This document shows, piece after piece, positions 26,060 to 38,795 of a stretch of 64,000 nucleotides of DNA. Source of the DNA: Haplodiscus bocki (Eukaryota); contig OZ296652.1 of assembly GCA_965655095.1 (NCBI GenBank), positions 28,706,001 to 28,770,000 on the forward strand, in the 5' to 3' direction. The notes beneath the pieces were generated by a model that had not been told where the DNA came from, did not search any database, and saw nothing but the letters and a program-made list of their open reading frames with translations. Numbering within the stretch: the stretch's first letter is position 1; each line of letters starts with the position of its first letter. Both the position numbers and the translations under genes were made by a program.

Positions 26060-26500
26060 CTCCAAATGAGTACTTGAAAATACCACTGGATTTGAAACAG
26101 ATTATTCTGTTGGAAAAAGAATTATCCGAGGAGCCATTATTTGCAAACAATACACACAGAAGGAAAGGATTCGTTGCTGTCGGTTGTTATTCTGATAGAA
26201 AAAAAAGAAATAGACGTGTAATTATTGAACAACTCCACACCTCACGGAGGTTTGATTGGAGTAGGAGATTTTGGTCTTGAAAGTTTTCTGAACTGGAGTA
26301 AGTTTTTTAGACTACATGCCGTTCTCCATGATGCGTGTGGTTTGATGAAAGATCAATTCGTGAAGGGTCCAGGAGATTGCTTTGCTTTACATTCTCAACA
26401 AACCCCTAATACCTTCTATCTAAGGCATTGTACTGGATTATTTTTCGCCTGTCAATAAAGCTTCTTCTCTCCAAACCAATTTGATGAGTTGGAGTTATGA
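26060..26500 (+). pseudogene. Maverick accessory ORF with HD motif (phospholipase A2-like, inferred)
   Basis: GGLIGVG...FRLHAVLHDACG..K...KGPGDC: a Gly-rich loop followed by a helix ending in HD, as in PLA2-type domains. Frameshifted. Confidence 0.45.
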
Positions 26501-26557
26501 GAACAAACCTACTCAATTTCGCTCCTAATTCTTCAACGAAACATTTGGATGTATATC

Positions 26558-26830
26558 ATGGCTGATCAAGGTGATCAAATTTCCGGTGCCGTAAGATCAG
26601 ATGATTCAAATTTTGACTCTAACAAAGAAGAAAGGAGACCGTGGCAAATTTTTGGAGAGACGTCTTGAAGATCACTGTGCCTATTTCTTTTTCAGTGCTT
26701 AGTGGTGATTCCTAAAACTGCATTTTCAGTACTGTTTTTGTCTAGATCGAAAATTTGTGAAGAGAGTACTGGCTGCATTTCAATACTAACCAGTACTGTC
26801 TGGAGTGTTCCCCCATCGCCTCGACCATAG
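26558..26830 (+). pseudogene. small two-TM Maverick ORF upstream of the ATPase
   Basis: MADQG...WQIFGE..RSLCLFLFQCLVVI...VLFLS..K.CEE...ISILTSTV...PSP, with two hydrophobic segments and one internal stop. Confidence 0.5.
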
Positions 26831-26840
26831 TCTCCTAAAA

Positions 26841-27530
26841 ATGAACAAAGTTATTCCCACAGAATAACATTTCTTCATGTCCTTAGTTGGACCAACTGGA
26901 AGTGGAAAAGCGAGGCTTACGCATCAGATGCTCTTGAGAGGAACTTATGCTCCAGTGTTTGATGAAATTATTTACTTTTACCAATATTATCACACTTCTA
27001 TGACAAAATGATAGAAGATGTTCCGAACATCGAGTTCATTAGAGGTGTAGATTTTTATAAGATTAGTCAGCTCGATACTAAAGGGTAAAATATCTTGATT
27101 TTTGATTATGTTTCTGAAGAGTTGTCTACATCCAAAGAGTTCAACAGATTTGCAACAGCTGCACGACATCGGATTTGGAACTGTCTGTACATAAAAGATA
27201 ATTTCTTTCAAAAAAACTCTCAATGGCAGAGATGCCGAACTTCAACTCTCCCACATTGTACTCTTCAAATCGCCAGGAGAAGTACACCAAATTCAGATGC
27301 TGGCAAAAGCAAATATGCTTGGGTAGGCAATTGACGGATTGGTACAAGGATGCGACAGCAGTACCGTTTGGTCTTCTGATAATTGATCTTTATCCTGGAA
27401 CTTCAGACAACCTCCGGTTCTCCACTGACTCGACTTCATTTCCTGCAAAATTCTATCTCCCGAGTAGTAGAGCAAAAACAACTTCTCCAGATGCTAAACG
27501 AAAGGAACTACTATACACTAAAGCTCTTAC
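26841..27530 (+). pseudogene. A32/FtsK-like DNA packaging ATPase
   Basis: ATG at 26841, Walker A LVGPTGSGK, degenerate Walker B LIFD(Y), motif ATAARHR and C-terminal WYKDAT..PFG.LIIDL. Stops and frameshifts present. Confidence 0.92.
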
Positions 27531-27820
27531 TAACTTTCAAAAAGGTCCCCCAGAAAACTTTCCTACAGAATATTCAAAAAATTTCATCAGGTTTCTTTGT
27601 GTGTCTGAGAAATTTGGTGGAAGGTAACATACCAGGTATTCGGCAGAAGCAAGTTACCCATTTCAAAGCAATAATCAAACGAGAACTCTTGAAGAAAAGT
27701 TCACTCCAAGAAAGACGTGTGCAGTTTTCATCCACGAAAAGATTGTCAGTGTTCAATAATATAGGGTTTAGTCTGGTCAAAAAGTTTCGCAGCAAGTTTG
27801 AAATTAACGGAAAACAATAA
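27510..27820 (+). pseudogene. small basic Maverick ORF downstream of the ATPase
   Basis: ...SKNFIRFLC / CLRNLVEGNIP...KKSSLQERR..., at the position of the small conserved ORF that follows Maverick ATPases. Frameshifted. Confidence 0.5.
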
Positions 27821-28279
27821 ATTTGTATGGATTCCAGATCAAATCTGGAAGACTTACAAAGAAGGAGAATCACACTTTCCGATAAAAGTGTCCTCGACCA
27901 CAACGAGTGCGTCAGATCGAACAACTCTCATTTTTTCTGGGGAAGCTGACAAGGAAAAAGAACAACAGAAGAAACATCATCAGATGTTGAATTTTAAACA
28001 CTAAACCAAATCGGACAAAGAGACAATCGTTTCTCTAAAGATCATTCAGGGAAGAAGATACTGGAAAAGTTTTACGAACAAAGCTAATCGCTTCTCACTC
28101 AACAAAACCTTGATTGTTAATGAAACTCACACTCACGTGAAGACATCAAACTCTGTAAGAAACACACAATTGAAAAATGGTTTCTTTAACTAGCAAATTT
28201 ATTCCATGATTGTTAATGTTCTTAGCCTGAATCCGAGTCTGGTTAAGAATCAATATGCCTACGAAAACGAAGCACGCGG

Positions 28280-29200
28280 ATGGACTGATCCTGAGCGAAT
28301 ACGACTCATCAAACTTTATAGGACTGATCCATCAGCATTCGGTTCCATTGAAGCTTTCTTTGGCTGAGAAAAGTGGTAAATCACGACAGAAAAAGGAAAT
28401 TTCCTTGCAGGGGAAAGAAGTCTACCCCAAAAATCATAACAGAACTGAAAAGTTTCTGAGACTACCAGTTAGTGCGAAAGAATGAAATCTGGTACCTGGA
28501 TTTGGCACAAGTCGATGGTCTCGCAGAATAGAAATTTGGTGAGAAATTATTGACGTATTCTCAAGATTGACGTATTCTCAAGATATGTGAGAGTTGAATC
28601 TCTGAAAAGTAAAAACCGAGGAACAAGCAAAGCAGGTTTTTTTAGAATGTGTTCCAGTGACGAAACAGATCTCGTCCTCCCTAAAAAAATTGTGGACAGA
28701 CCGTGGAAAAGAAATTCAGGGGGAATTCAGACGGTTCTGCGATGATGTTGGGGTGAAAGTTTACCATACATTCAGTGACACAAAAGCCTCATTTGCCGAA
28801 AGAGCCATTCGCTCACTGAAAATATTATATCGATTGATTGAGGAGTAACGAAGTGAACGATATTACCTTACCTTCCAGAAAGTGGATACAGTGAACAACC
28901 TTCAAAAGTTACTAATGCTGACTATCTTCAATTTCTTTACAATAATCGCAACAAAAAACGTCTGGAAAAAACTCTGAGGAAAAACAAAAAACCCAAATTT
29001 TCTATTGGAGACCCAGTCAGAATCTCAAAGTCAAACTATGCTTTCAACAAAGGTTACGGTCTCAGTTCACTGACGAACTTTTCATCACCACATGAATAGC
29101 GACCAAAGCTACCGTTGTCACATATCACCTGAAAAATTTGGATGACGAGCGAATTGGTGGAAAATTTTATGAAAACGAGCTCTCAAAATTCATTGGATAA
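28280..29200 (+). pseudogene. Maverick retroviral-like (rve, DDE) integrase, copy 1
   Basis: LY..PSAFGS, EIWYLDL (D), IDVFSRY, LWTDRGKE (D), KASFAERAIRSLK (E), KFSIGDPVRISK and GKFYENEL. Stops and frameshifts. Confidence 0.93.
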
Positions 29201-29684
29201 AAGTGGTGTTTAATCGTTCATTCATCATTTTGCAATTAATTCTTTCACAGTTGAGTTACTCTCCTCTGCATCGAGTGATTTCTACCCGAACAACACAATC
29301 GCTTCTTCCTGCAACTTTCTTCCTGAACAGATTATTTTCGAGGGAGAATGGGAAATTGCATTGACTGAAATTTCTTTTCCATCAAAGATTTACAATGTGA
29401 CACAGGGACAAATTTCTTTCAACGTTCTGAGTTCTCTCTCAGAAGATCATTCAGGGAAGAAGATACTGGAAAAGTTTTACAAACAAAGCTAATCGCTTCT
29501 CACTCAACAAAACCTTGATTGTTAATGAAACTCACACTCACGTGAAGACATCAAACTCTGTAAGAAACACACAATTGAAAAATGGTTTCTTTAACTAGCA
29601 AATTTATTCCATGATTGTTAATGTTCTTAGCCTGAATCCGAGTCTGGTTAAGAATCAATATGCCTACGAAAACGAAGCACGCGG

Positions 29685-30605
29685 ATGGACTGATCCTGAG
29701 CGAATACGACTCATCAAACTTTATAGGACTGATCCATCAGCATTCGGTTCCATTGAAGCTTTCTTTGGCTGAGAAAAGTGGTAAATCACGACAGAAAAAG
29801 GAAATTTCCTTGCAGGGGAAAGAAGTCTACCCCAAAAATCATAACAGAACTGAAAAGTTTCTGAGACTACCAGTTAGTGCGAAAGAATGAAATCTGGTAC
29901 CTGGATTTGGCACAAGTCGATGGTCTCGCAGAATAGAAATTTGGTGAGAAATTATTGACGTATTCTCAAGATTGACGTATTCTCAAGATATGTGAGAGTT
30001 GAATCTCTGAAAAGTAAAAACCGAGGAACAAGCAAAGCAGGTTTTTTTAGAATGTGTTCCAGTGACGAAACATATCTCGTCCTCCCTAAAAAAATTGTGG
30101 ACAGACCGTGGAAAAGAAATTCAGGGGGAATTCAGACGGTTCTGCGATGATGTTGGGGTGAAAGTTTACCATACATTCAGTGACACAAAAGCCTCATTTG
30201 CCGAAAGAGCCATTCGCTCACTGAAAATATTATATCGATTGATTGAGGAGTAACGAAGTGAACGATATTACCTTACCTTCCAGAAAGTGGATACAGTGAA
30301 CAACCTTCAAAAGTTACTAATGCTGACTATCTTCAATTTCTTTACAATAATCGCAACAAAAAACGTCTGGAAAAAACTCTGAGGAAAAACAAAAAACCCA
30401 AATTTTCTATTGGAGACCCAGTCAGAATCTCAAAGTCAAACTATGCTTTCAACAAAGGTTACGGTCTCAGTTCACTGACGAACTTTTCATCACCACATGA
30501 ATAGCGACCAAAGCTACCGTTGTCACATATCACCTGAAAAATTTGGATGACGAGCGAATTGGTGGAAAATTTTATGAAAACGAGCTCTCAAAATTCATTG
30601 GATAA
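29685..30605 (+). pseudogene. Maverick integrase, copy 2
   Basis: Same motifs and lesions as copy 1. Confidence 0.93.
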
Positions 30606-31089
30606 AAGTGGTGTTTAATCGTTCATTCATCATTTTGCAATTAATTCTTTCACAGTTGAGTTACTCTCCTCTGCATCGAGTGATTTCTACCCGAACAACA
30701 CAATCGCTTCTTCCTGCAACTTTCTTCCTGAACAGATTATTTTCGAGGGAGAATGGGAAATTGCATTGACTGAAATTTCTTTTCCATCAAAGATTTACAA
30801 TGTGACACAGGGACAAATTTCTTTCAACGTTCTGAGTTCTCTCTCAGAAGATCATTCAGGGAAGAAGATACTGGAAAAGTTTTACGAACAAAGCTAATCG
30901 CTTCTCACTCAACAAAACCTTGATTGTTAATGAAACTCACACTCACGTGAAGACATCAAACTCTGTAAGAAACACACAATTGAAAAATGGTTTCTTTAAC
31001 TAGCAAATTTATTCCATGATTGTTAATGTTCTTAGCCTGAATCCGAGTCTGGTTAAGAATCAATATGCCTACGAAAACGAAGCACGCGG

Positions 31090-32044
31090 ATGGACTGATC
31101 CTGAGCGAATACGACTCATCAAACTTTATAGGACTGGTCCATCAGCATTCGGTTCCATTGAAGCTTTCTTTGGCTGAGAAAAGTGGTAAATCACGACAGA
31201 AAGTTGAACTTTCCTTGCAGGGGAAAGAAGTCTACCCCAAAAATCATAACAGAACTAAAAAGTTTCTGAGACTACCAGTTAGTGCGAAAGATAAGAATGA
31301 AATCTGGTACCTGGATTTGGCACAAGTCGATGGTCTCGCAGAATAGAAATTTGGTGAAAAATTATTGACGTATTCTCAAGATTGACGTATTCTCAAGATA
31401 TGTGAGAGTTGAATCTCTGAAAAGTAAAAACCGAGGAACAAGCAAAGCAGGTTTTTTTAGAATGTGTTCCAGTGACGAAACAGATCTCGTCCTCCCTAAA
31501 AAAATTGTGGACAGACCGTGGAAAAGAAATTCAGGGGGAATTCAGACGGTTCTGCGATGATGTTGGGGTGAAAGTTTACCATACATTCAGTGACACAAAA
31601 GCCTCATTTGCCGAAAGAGCCATTCGCTCACTGAAAATATTATATCGATTGATTGAGGAGTAACAAAGTGAACGATATTACCTTACCTTCCAGAAAGTGG
31701 ATACAGTGAACAACAAAGTAAACTCAGCCTTTAACCTACAACCTTCAAAAGTTACTAATGCTGACTATCTTCAATTTCTTTACAATAATCGCAACAAAAA
31801 ACGTCTGGAAAAAACTCTGAGGAAAAACAAAAAACCCAAATTTTCTATTGGAGACCCAGTCAGAATCTCAAAGTCAAACTATGCTTTCAACAAAGGTTAC
31901 GGTCTCAGTTCACTGACGAACTTTTCATCATTAACATGAATAGCGACCAAAGCTACCGTTGTCACATATCACCTGAAAAATTTGGATGACGAGCGAATTG
32001 GTGGAAAATTTTATGAAAACGAGCTCTCAAAATTCATTGGATAA
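31090..32044 (+). pseudogene. Maverick integrase, copy 3 (least deleted)
   Basis: Retains the 5-bp, 28-bp and 1-bp segments missing in copies 1-2 but still carries the shared stops. Confidence 0.93.
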
Positions 32045-32528
32045 AAGTGGTGTTTAATCGTTCATTCATCATTTTGCAATTAATTCTTTCACAGTTGAGT
32101 TACTCTCCTCTGCATCGAGTGATTTCTACCCGAACAACACAATCGCTTCTTCCTGCAACTTTCTTCCTGAACAGATTATTTTCGAGGGAGAATGGGAAAT
32201 TGCATTGACTGAAATTTCTTTTCCATCAAAGATTTACAATGTGACACAGGGACAAATTTCTTTCAACGTTCTGAGTTCTCTCTCAGAAGATCATTCAGGG
32301 AAGAAGATACTGGAAAAGTTTTACGAACAAAGCTAATCGCTTCTCACTCAACAAAACCTTGATTGTTAATGAAACTCACACTCACGTGAAGACATCAAAC
32401 TCTGTAAGAAACACACAATTGAAAAATGGTTTCTTTAACTAGCAAATTTATTCCATGATTGTTAATGTTCTTAGCCTGAATCCGAGTCTGGTTAAGAATC
32501 AATATGCCTACGAAAACGAAGCACGCGG

Positions 32529-33483
32529 ATGGACTGATCCTGAGCGAATACGACTCATCAAACTTTATAGGACTGGTCCATCAGCATTCGGTTCCATTGA
32601 AGCTTTCTTTGGCTGAGAAAAGTGGTAAATCACGACAGAAAGTTGAACTTTCCTTGCAGGGGAAAGAAGTCTACCCCAAAAATCATAACAGAACTAAAAA
32701 GTTTCTGAGACTACCAGTTAGTGCGAAAGATAAGAATGAAATCCGGTACCTGGATTTGGCACGAGTCGATGGTCTCGCAGAATAAAAATTTGGTGAAAAA
32801 TTATTGACGTATTCTCAAGATTGACGTATTCTCAAGATATGTGAGAGTTGAATCTCTGAAAAGTAAAAACCGAGGAACAAGCAAAGCAGGTTTTTTTAGA
32901 ATGTGTTCCAGTGACGAAACATATCTCGTCCTCCCTAAAAAAATTGTGGACAGACCGTGGAAAAGAAATTCAGGGGGAATTCAGACGGTTCTGCGATGAT
33001 GTTGGGGTGAAAGTTTACCATACATTCAGTGACACAAAAGCCTCATTTGCCGAAAGAGCCATTCGCTCACTGAAAATATTATATCGATTGATTGAGGAGT
33101 AACAAAGTGAACGATATTACCTTACCTTCCAGAAAGTGGATACAGTGAACAACAAAGTAAACTCAGCCTTTAACCTACAACCTTCAAAAGTTACTAATGC
33201 TGACTATCTTCAATTTCTTTACAATAATCGCAACAAAAAACGTCTGGAAAAAACTCTGAGGAAAAACAAAAAACCCAAATTTTCTATTGGAGACCCAGTC
33301 AGAATCTCAAAGTCAAACTATGCTTTCAACAAAGGTTACGGTCTCAGTTCACTGACGAACTTTTCATCATTAACATGAATAGCGACCAAAGCTACCGTTG
33401 TCACATATCACCTGAAAAATTTGGATGACGAGCGAATTGGTGGAAAATTTTATGAAAACGAGCTCTCAAAATTCATTGGATAA
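32529..33483 (+). pseudogene. Maverick integrase, copy 4
   Basis: As copy 3 with W>R, Q>R and Q>H variants. Confidence 0.93.
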
Positions 33484-33967
33484 AAGTGGTGTTTAATCGT
33501 TCATTCATCATTTTGCAATTAATTCTTTCACAGTTGAGTTACTCTCCTCTGCATCGAGTGATTTCTACCCGAACAACACAATCGCTTCTTCCTGCAACTT
33601 TCTTCCTGAACAGATTATTTTCGAGGGAGAATGGGAAATTGCATTGACTGAAATTTCTTTTCCATCAAAGATTTACAATGTGACACAGGGACAAATTTCT
33701 TTCAACGTTCTGAGTTCTCTCTCAGAAGATCATTCAGGGAAGAAGATACTGGAAAAGTTTTACGAACAAAGCTAATCGCTTCTCACTCAACAAAACCTTG
33801 ATTGTTAATGAAACTCACACTCACGTGAAGACATCAAACTCTGTAAGAAACACACAATTGAAAAATGGTTTCTTTAACTAGCAAATTTATTCCATGATTG
33901 TTAATGTTCTTAGCCTGAATCCGAGTCTGGTTAAGAATCAATATGCCTACGAAAACGAAGCACGCGG

Positions 33968-34922
33968 ATGGACTGATCCTGAGCGAATACGACTCATCAA
34001 ACTTTATAGGACTGGTCCATCAGCATTCGGTTCCATTGAAGCTTTCTTTGGCTGAGAAAAGTGGTAAATCACGACAGAAAGTTGAACTTTCCTTGCAGGG
34101 GAAAGAAGTCTACCCCAAAAATCATAACAGAACTAAAAAGTTTCTGAGACTACCAGTTAGTGCGAAAGATAAGAATGAAATCCGGTACCTGGATTTGGCA
34201 CAAGTCGATGGTCTCGCAGAATAAAAATTTGGTGAAAAATTATTGACGTATTCTCAAGATTGACGTATTCTCAAGATATGTGAGATTTGAATCTCTGAAA
34301 AGTAAAAACCGAGGAACAAGCAAAGCAGGTTTTTTTAGAATGTGTTCCAGTGACGAAACAGATCTCGTCCTCCCTAAAAAAATTGTGGACAGACCGTGGA
34401 AAAGAAATTCAGGGGGAATTCAGACGGTTCTGCGATGATGTTGGGGTGAAAGTTTACCATACATTCAGTGACACAAAAGCCTCATTTGCCGAAAGAGCCA
34501 TTCGCTCACTGAAAATATTATATCGATTGATTGAGGAGTAACAAAGTGAACGATATTACCTTACCTTCCAGAAAGTGGATACAGTGAACAACAAAGTAAA
34601 CTCAGCCTTTAACCTACAACCTTCAAAAGTTACTAATGCTGACTATCTTCAATTTCTTTACAATAATCGCAACAAAAAACGTCTGGAAAAAACTCTGAGG
34701 AAAAACAAAAAACCCAAATTTTCTATTGGAGACCCAGTCAGAATCTCAAAGTCAAACTATGCTTTCAACAAAGGTTACGGTCTCAGTTCACTGACGAACT
34801 TTTCATCATTAACATGAATAGCGACCAAAGCTACCGTTGTCACATATCACCTGAAAAATTTGGATGACGAGCGAATTGGTGGAAAATTTTATGAAAACGA
34901 GCTCTCAAAATTCATTGGATAA
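33968..34922 (+). pseudogene. Maverick integrase, copy 5
   Basis: As copy 3 with the W>R variant. Confidence 0.93.
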
Positions 34923-35406
34923 AAGTGGTGTTTAATCGTTCATTCATCATTTTGCAATTAATTCTTTCACAGTTGAGTTACTCTCCTCTGCATCGAGTGA
35001 TTTCTACCCGAACAACACAATCGCTTCTTCCTGCAACTTTCTTCCTGAACAGATTATTTTCGAGGGAGAATGGGAAATTGCATTGACTGAAATTTCTTTT
35101 CCATCAAAGATTTACAATGTGACACAGGGACAAATTTCTTTCAACGTTCTGAGTTCTCTCTCAGAAGATCATTCAGGGAAGAAGATACTGGAAAAGTTTT
35201 ACGAACAAAGCTAATCGCTTCTCACTCAACAAAACCTTGATTGTTAATGAAACTCACACTCACGTGAAGACATCAAACTCTGTAAGAAACACACAATTGA
35301 AAAATGGTTTCTTTAACTAGCAAATTTATTCCATGATTGTTAATGTTCTTAGCCTGAATCCGAGTCTGGTTAAGAATCAATATGCCTACGAAAACGAAGC
35401 ACGCGG

Positions 35407-36333
35407 ATGGACTGATCCTGAGCGAATACGACTCATCAAACTTTATAGGACTGGTCCATCAGCATTCGGTTCCATTGAAGCTTTCTTTGGCTGAGAAAAG
35501 TGGTAAATCACGACAGAAAGTTGAACTTTCCTTGCAGGGGAAAGAAGTCTACCCCAAAAATCATAACAGAACTAAAAAGTTTCTGAGACTACCAGTTAGT
35601 GCGAAAGATAAGAATGAAATCCGGTACCTGGATTTGGCACAAGTCGATGGTCTCGCAGAATAGAAATTTGGTGAAAAATTATTGACGTATTCTCAAGATT
35701 GACGTATTCTCAAGATATGTGAGAGTTGAATCTCTGAAAAGTAAAAACCGAGGAACAAGCAAAGCAGGTTTTTTTAGAATGTGTTCCAGTGACGAAACAG
35801 ATCTCGTCCTCCCTAAAAAAATTGTGGACAGACCGTGGAAAAGAAATTCAGGGGGAATTCAGACGGTTCTGCGATGATGTTGGGGTGAAAGTTTACCATA
35901 CATTCAGTGACACAAAAGCCTCATTTGCCGAAAGAGCCATTCGCTCACTGAAAATATTATATCGATTGATTGAGGAGTAACAAAGTGAACGATATTACCT
36001 TACCTTCCAGAAAGTGGATACAGTGAACAACCTTCAAAAGTTACTAATGCTGACTATCTTCAATTTCTTTACAATATTCGCAACAAAAAACGTCTGGAAA
36101 AAACTCTGAGGAAAAACAAAAAACCCAAATTTTCTATTGGAGACCCAGTCAGAATCTCAAAGTCAAACTATGCTTTCAACAAAGGTTACGGTCTCAGTTC
36201 ACTGACGAACTTTTCATCATTAACATGAATAGCGACCAAAGCTACCGTTGTCACATATCACCTGAAAAATTTGGATGACGAGCGAATTGGTGGAAAATTT
36301 TATGAAAACGAGCTCTCAAAATTCATTGGATAA
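35407..36333 (+). pseudogene. Maverick integrase, copy 6
   Basis: Long-type 5' markers but carries the 28-bp deletion of copies 1-2. Confidence 0.93.
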
Positions 36334-36364
36334 AAGTGGTGTTTAATCGTTCATTCATCATTTT

Positions 36365-37170
36365 GCAATTAATTCTTTCACAGTTGAGTTACTCTCCTCT
36401 GCATCGAGTGATTTCTACCCGAACAACACAATCGCTTCTTCCTGCAACTTTCTTCCTGAACAGATTATTTTCGAGGGAGAATGGGAAATTGCATTGACTG
36501 AAATTTCTTTTCCATCAAAGATTTACAATGTGACACAGGGACAAATTTCTTTCAACGTTCTGAGTTCTCTCTCAGACCAATATTCTGATTTTTTATCTCA
36601 TTCAACCCGGCTACTATAAGAGTATCGATTTGATCATTAAAACAATGTTGGAGAAAATCTTCGAACATCCAAGCTATAAAAAGTATTCGAACAAAACTGC
36701 CAGCTTGATTTCCTGCACAGTGGATCCTGTTACTCAACGAACTGACATCAAAACAATGACGGAAAACGCGAGTGTTTAACTCGCTAGCGAAGATCTGCAA
36801 CATATCTTTGGTTTTCTTCCTAGTCAATTCGAAGTCGAAGATCACAAAACACATGGCTTCAGCCCACCATCGCATGACATTGATCGATTTCATTCAGTTT
36901 TAGTTTACAACGATTCACCTATAGTTCAATAGTTGGAGACATGAAAGCTCCAATTCTCTGTTTCAATAAGTAGCGATCCGTAAGCACAACAATGATATCA
37001 AAAACCTTCAAACACGTCGAGTTTCGGAAACAGTTTAAGCGTTCTCTGCATTCTATTACAGTTGAATTGAGATCTTCCAACGGAGAATTGATCCCCTTCT
37101 TTCCAGTTGGTTATTCTCGTTTGAACCTAATGTTCCGAAAAAATCTCAATCCATCATTCATTTGAAAAAC
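36365..37170 (+). pseudogene. minor capsid (penton) protein
   Basis: N-terminal SFTVELLSSASSDFYPNNTIAS..NFLPEQI..EGEWEIALTEISFP, later IVGDMKAPIL and SITVELRSSNGELIPF...LNLMFRK. Only the last array unit continues into the rest of the gene. Confidence 0.85.
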
Positions 37171-37180
37171 ATACTAGAGA

Positions 37181-37600
37181 ATGGAATGCTCACAGACAGC
37201 TCCATACTGTAGAGGAATCCCAAGACAACGAGGTCGAGGACTCGGGCCATTGACTGGAACAATTGCACGTACCGCTCTTTCAATATTACGGAAATATCTT
37301 TTACCAGCTGTTAAACGAATAGGACGAGATGCCCTAGAGTCCGCAATTCTGAAAATGGGAAAAGTGCTGTCGGGAAAATCTTCAACAAAAAAACTGTAAA
37401 AACAACAGCATCATCTACTTTCAAAAAGTAATATGGTGGAAGCGATGAAACGAACAGAAAAGAAGAAAATCGAAGAGAACTTCAGAGAAAACCATTGCGC
37501 AAAAAGGAAAAGCGCAACGTACCCGGGAACATCTCTTCAAAAAACATGAGAAATAAAATGTCGATTACAAAACCAGCTGCACGCTCATCGCAAGAAATTT
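37181..37600 (+). pseudogene. small basic Maverick ORF with QRGRGLG motif (putative core/membrane-active virion protein)
   Basis: RQRGRGLG followed by an amphipathic stretch (TIARTALSILRKYLLPAVKRIG) and a K/R-rich tail. Lies between the minor and major capsid genes. Confidence 0.65.
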
Positions 37601-38795
37601 TTGATAAAATCCTTATTTTAGAACCAATCGATTGGTTCAATACTCTCCAAACATTCGCAACTAACTCAGCCAACGAATAAAGTACTGACTTTTTGCTGGA
37701 AACATCAGAATGTTCTTCTTGACCTCGATGAGAATTACCTTCATCTCAAAATGAAAGCGACAAAAGATGCCAACGTTCCAGAAGGAACTGATGATGTGTA
37801 TCTAGTCAACAACTCTCTGGATTCTCTTTTTTCTAATTGCGAAGTGTTTTACAACAATGAACAAGTCTGTACTTCCAACAGCTTATATCCACACAAAGCT
37901 TTTATACCGACAGAGTTTCGAATCAGCAAAGGAACTAGGGGGTTTTTGGGCTTCTGTCACGATTACTCTTAGGAAAAAGATCGCAAAGATTTGAGCAAAC
38001 AACCATCTGATAGTAAGTAATTAGCTCTGGAAAAGTGAGTTTCTCTGGGAAAATGGTTGCTGGTGCTATTACTTGTGAAAAGTTCCTTCTACCTAATGTC
38101 TCCATAAGAATTCGTTTGGTTCGATCGCGACCCAAGTTTTACATCATTGCAGGGGATGATACAATCCAATATCGGGCTACAAACACAGAAGCTCCACTCT
38201 TAACTGGACAAGTCGCTATCAATGACAACGCGTTGAAGTTCATTCAAAATTCTGTTCAACATCAACCAGCCAGATACATATTTTCTTGAACGCTTTCAAA
38301 AACTTTCACTATACCAAAAGGATAAAACCAGTGTAACCGGGAGAATACTTTCAATATTGCACTCGTCAGGAGGATCGCAATTGCAATGAATTCAAATTCG
38401 GAATTTCTTGGAACAATGAATAGTAATTCTATCCATTACCAGAAGTTTGGATTGAGGGAAATCAAATTAGTGACGGGAAATCTAATCATTCTCAGTATGA
38501 AGAAAAGTGATAACAAAGGAGCTATGTTACTACAATGAAAACGCTCAAATGTCATGAATTTGGACCTGATATTTCTTTGACTGATTATCCAGACCAGTTG
38601 GTACAGGTCTTTGATTTGAATTCCACGCAGGAAGTAAACATTCAGATGCACTACCCAGATATTATGGCGGCTTGTTTGAGATTTGAATTGTATTTTGAAA
38701 AACAACTAGACAATACTGTCGAGGTGATCATTCTCGGGGAAAGATTGTCTGCAGTTCACATTGACAAAACAGGAAAGGTGTCAAAACATGGATAG
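37590..38795 (+). pseudogene. major capsid protein (double jelly-roll)
   Basis: DLDENYLHLK, VNNSLDSLFSNCEVFYN, LYPHKAFI, FLLPNVSIRIRLVRS, RRIAIAMN, YQKFGLREI, VFDLNS and LRFELYFEKQL...VIILGE. Frameshifted. Confidence 0.88.

Larger units (their letters stand above)
28038..36576 (+). repeat. tandem array of six ~1.4-kb units (upstream ORF tail + integrase + minor-capsid N-terminus)
   Basis: Units start at 28038, 29443, 30848, 32287, 33726 and 35165 (lengths 1405, 1405, 1439, 1439, 1439, ~1411). All five junctions read ttctctctcag|aagatcattc. Units differ by only a handful of SNPs and indels. Confidence 0.98.

Noticed and set aside
28038-36576. Array as a CRISPR-like or integron-like cassette system, or as amplification of an active integrase
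   Set aside because: There are no unique spacers or cassettes between units, and every copy shares the same stops and frameshifts.
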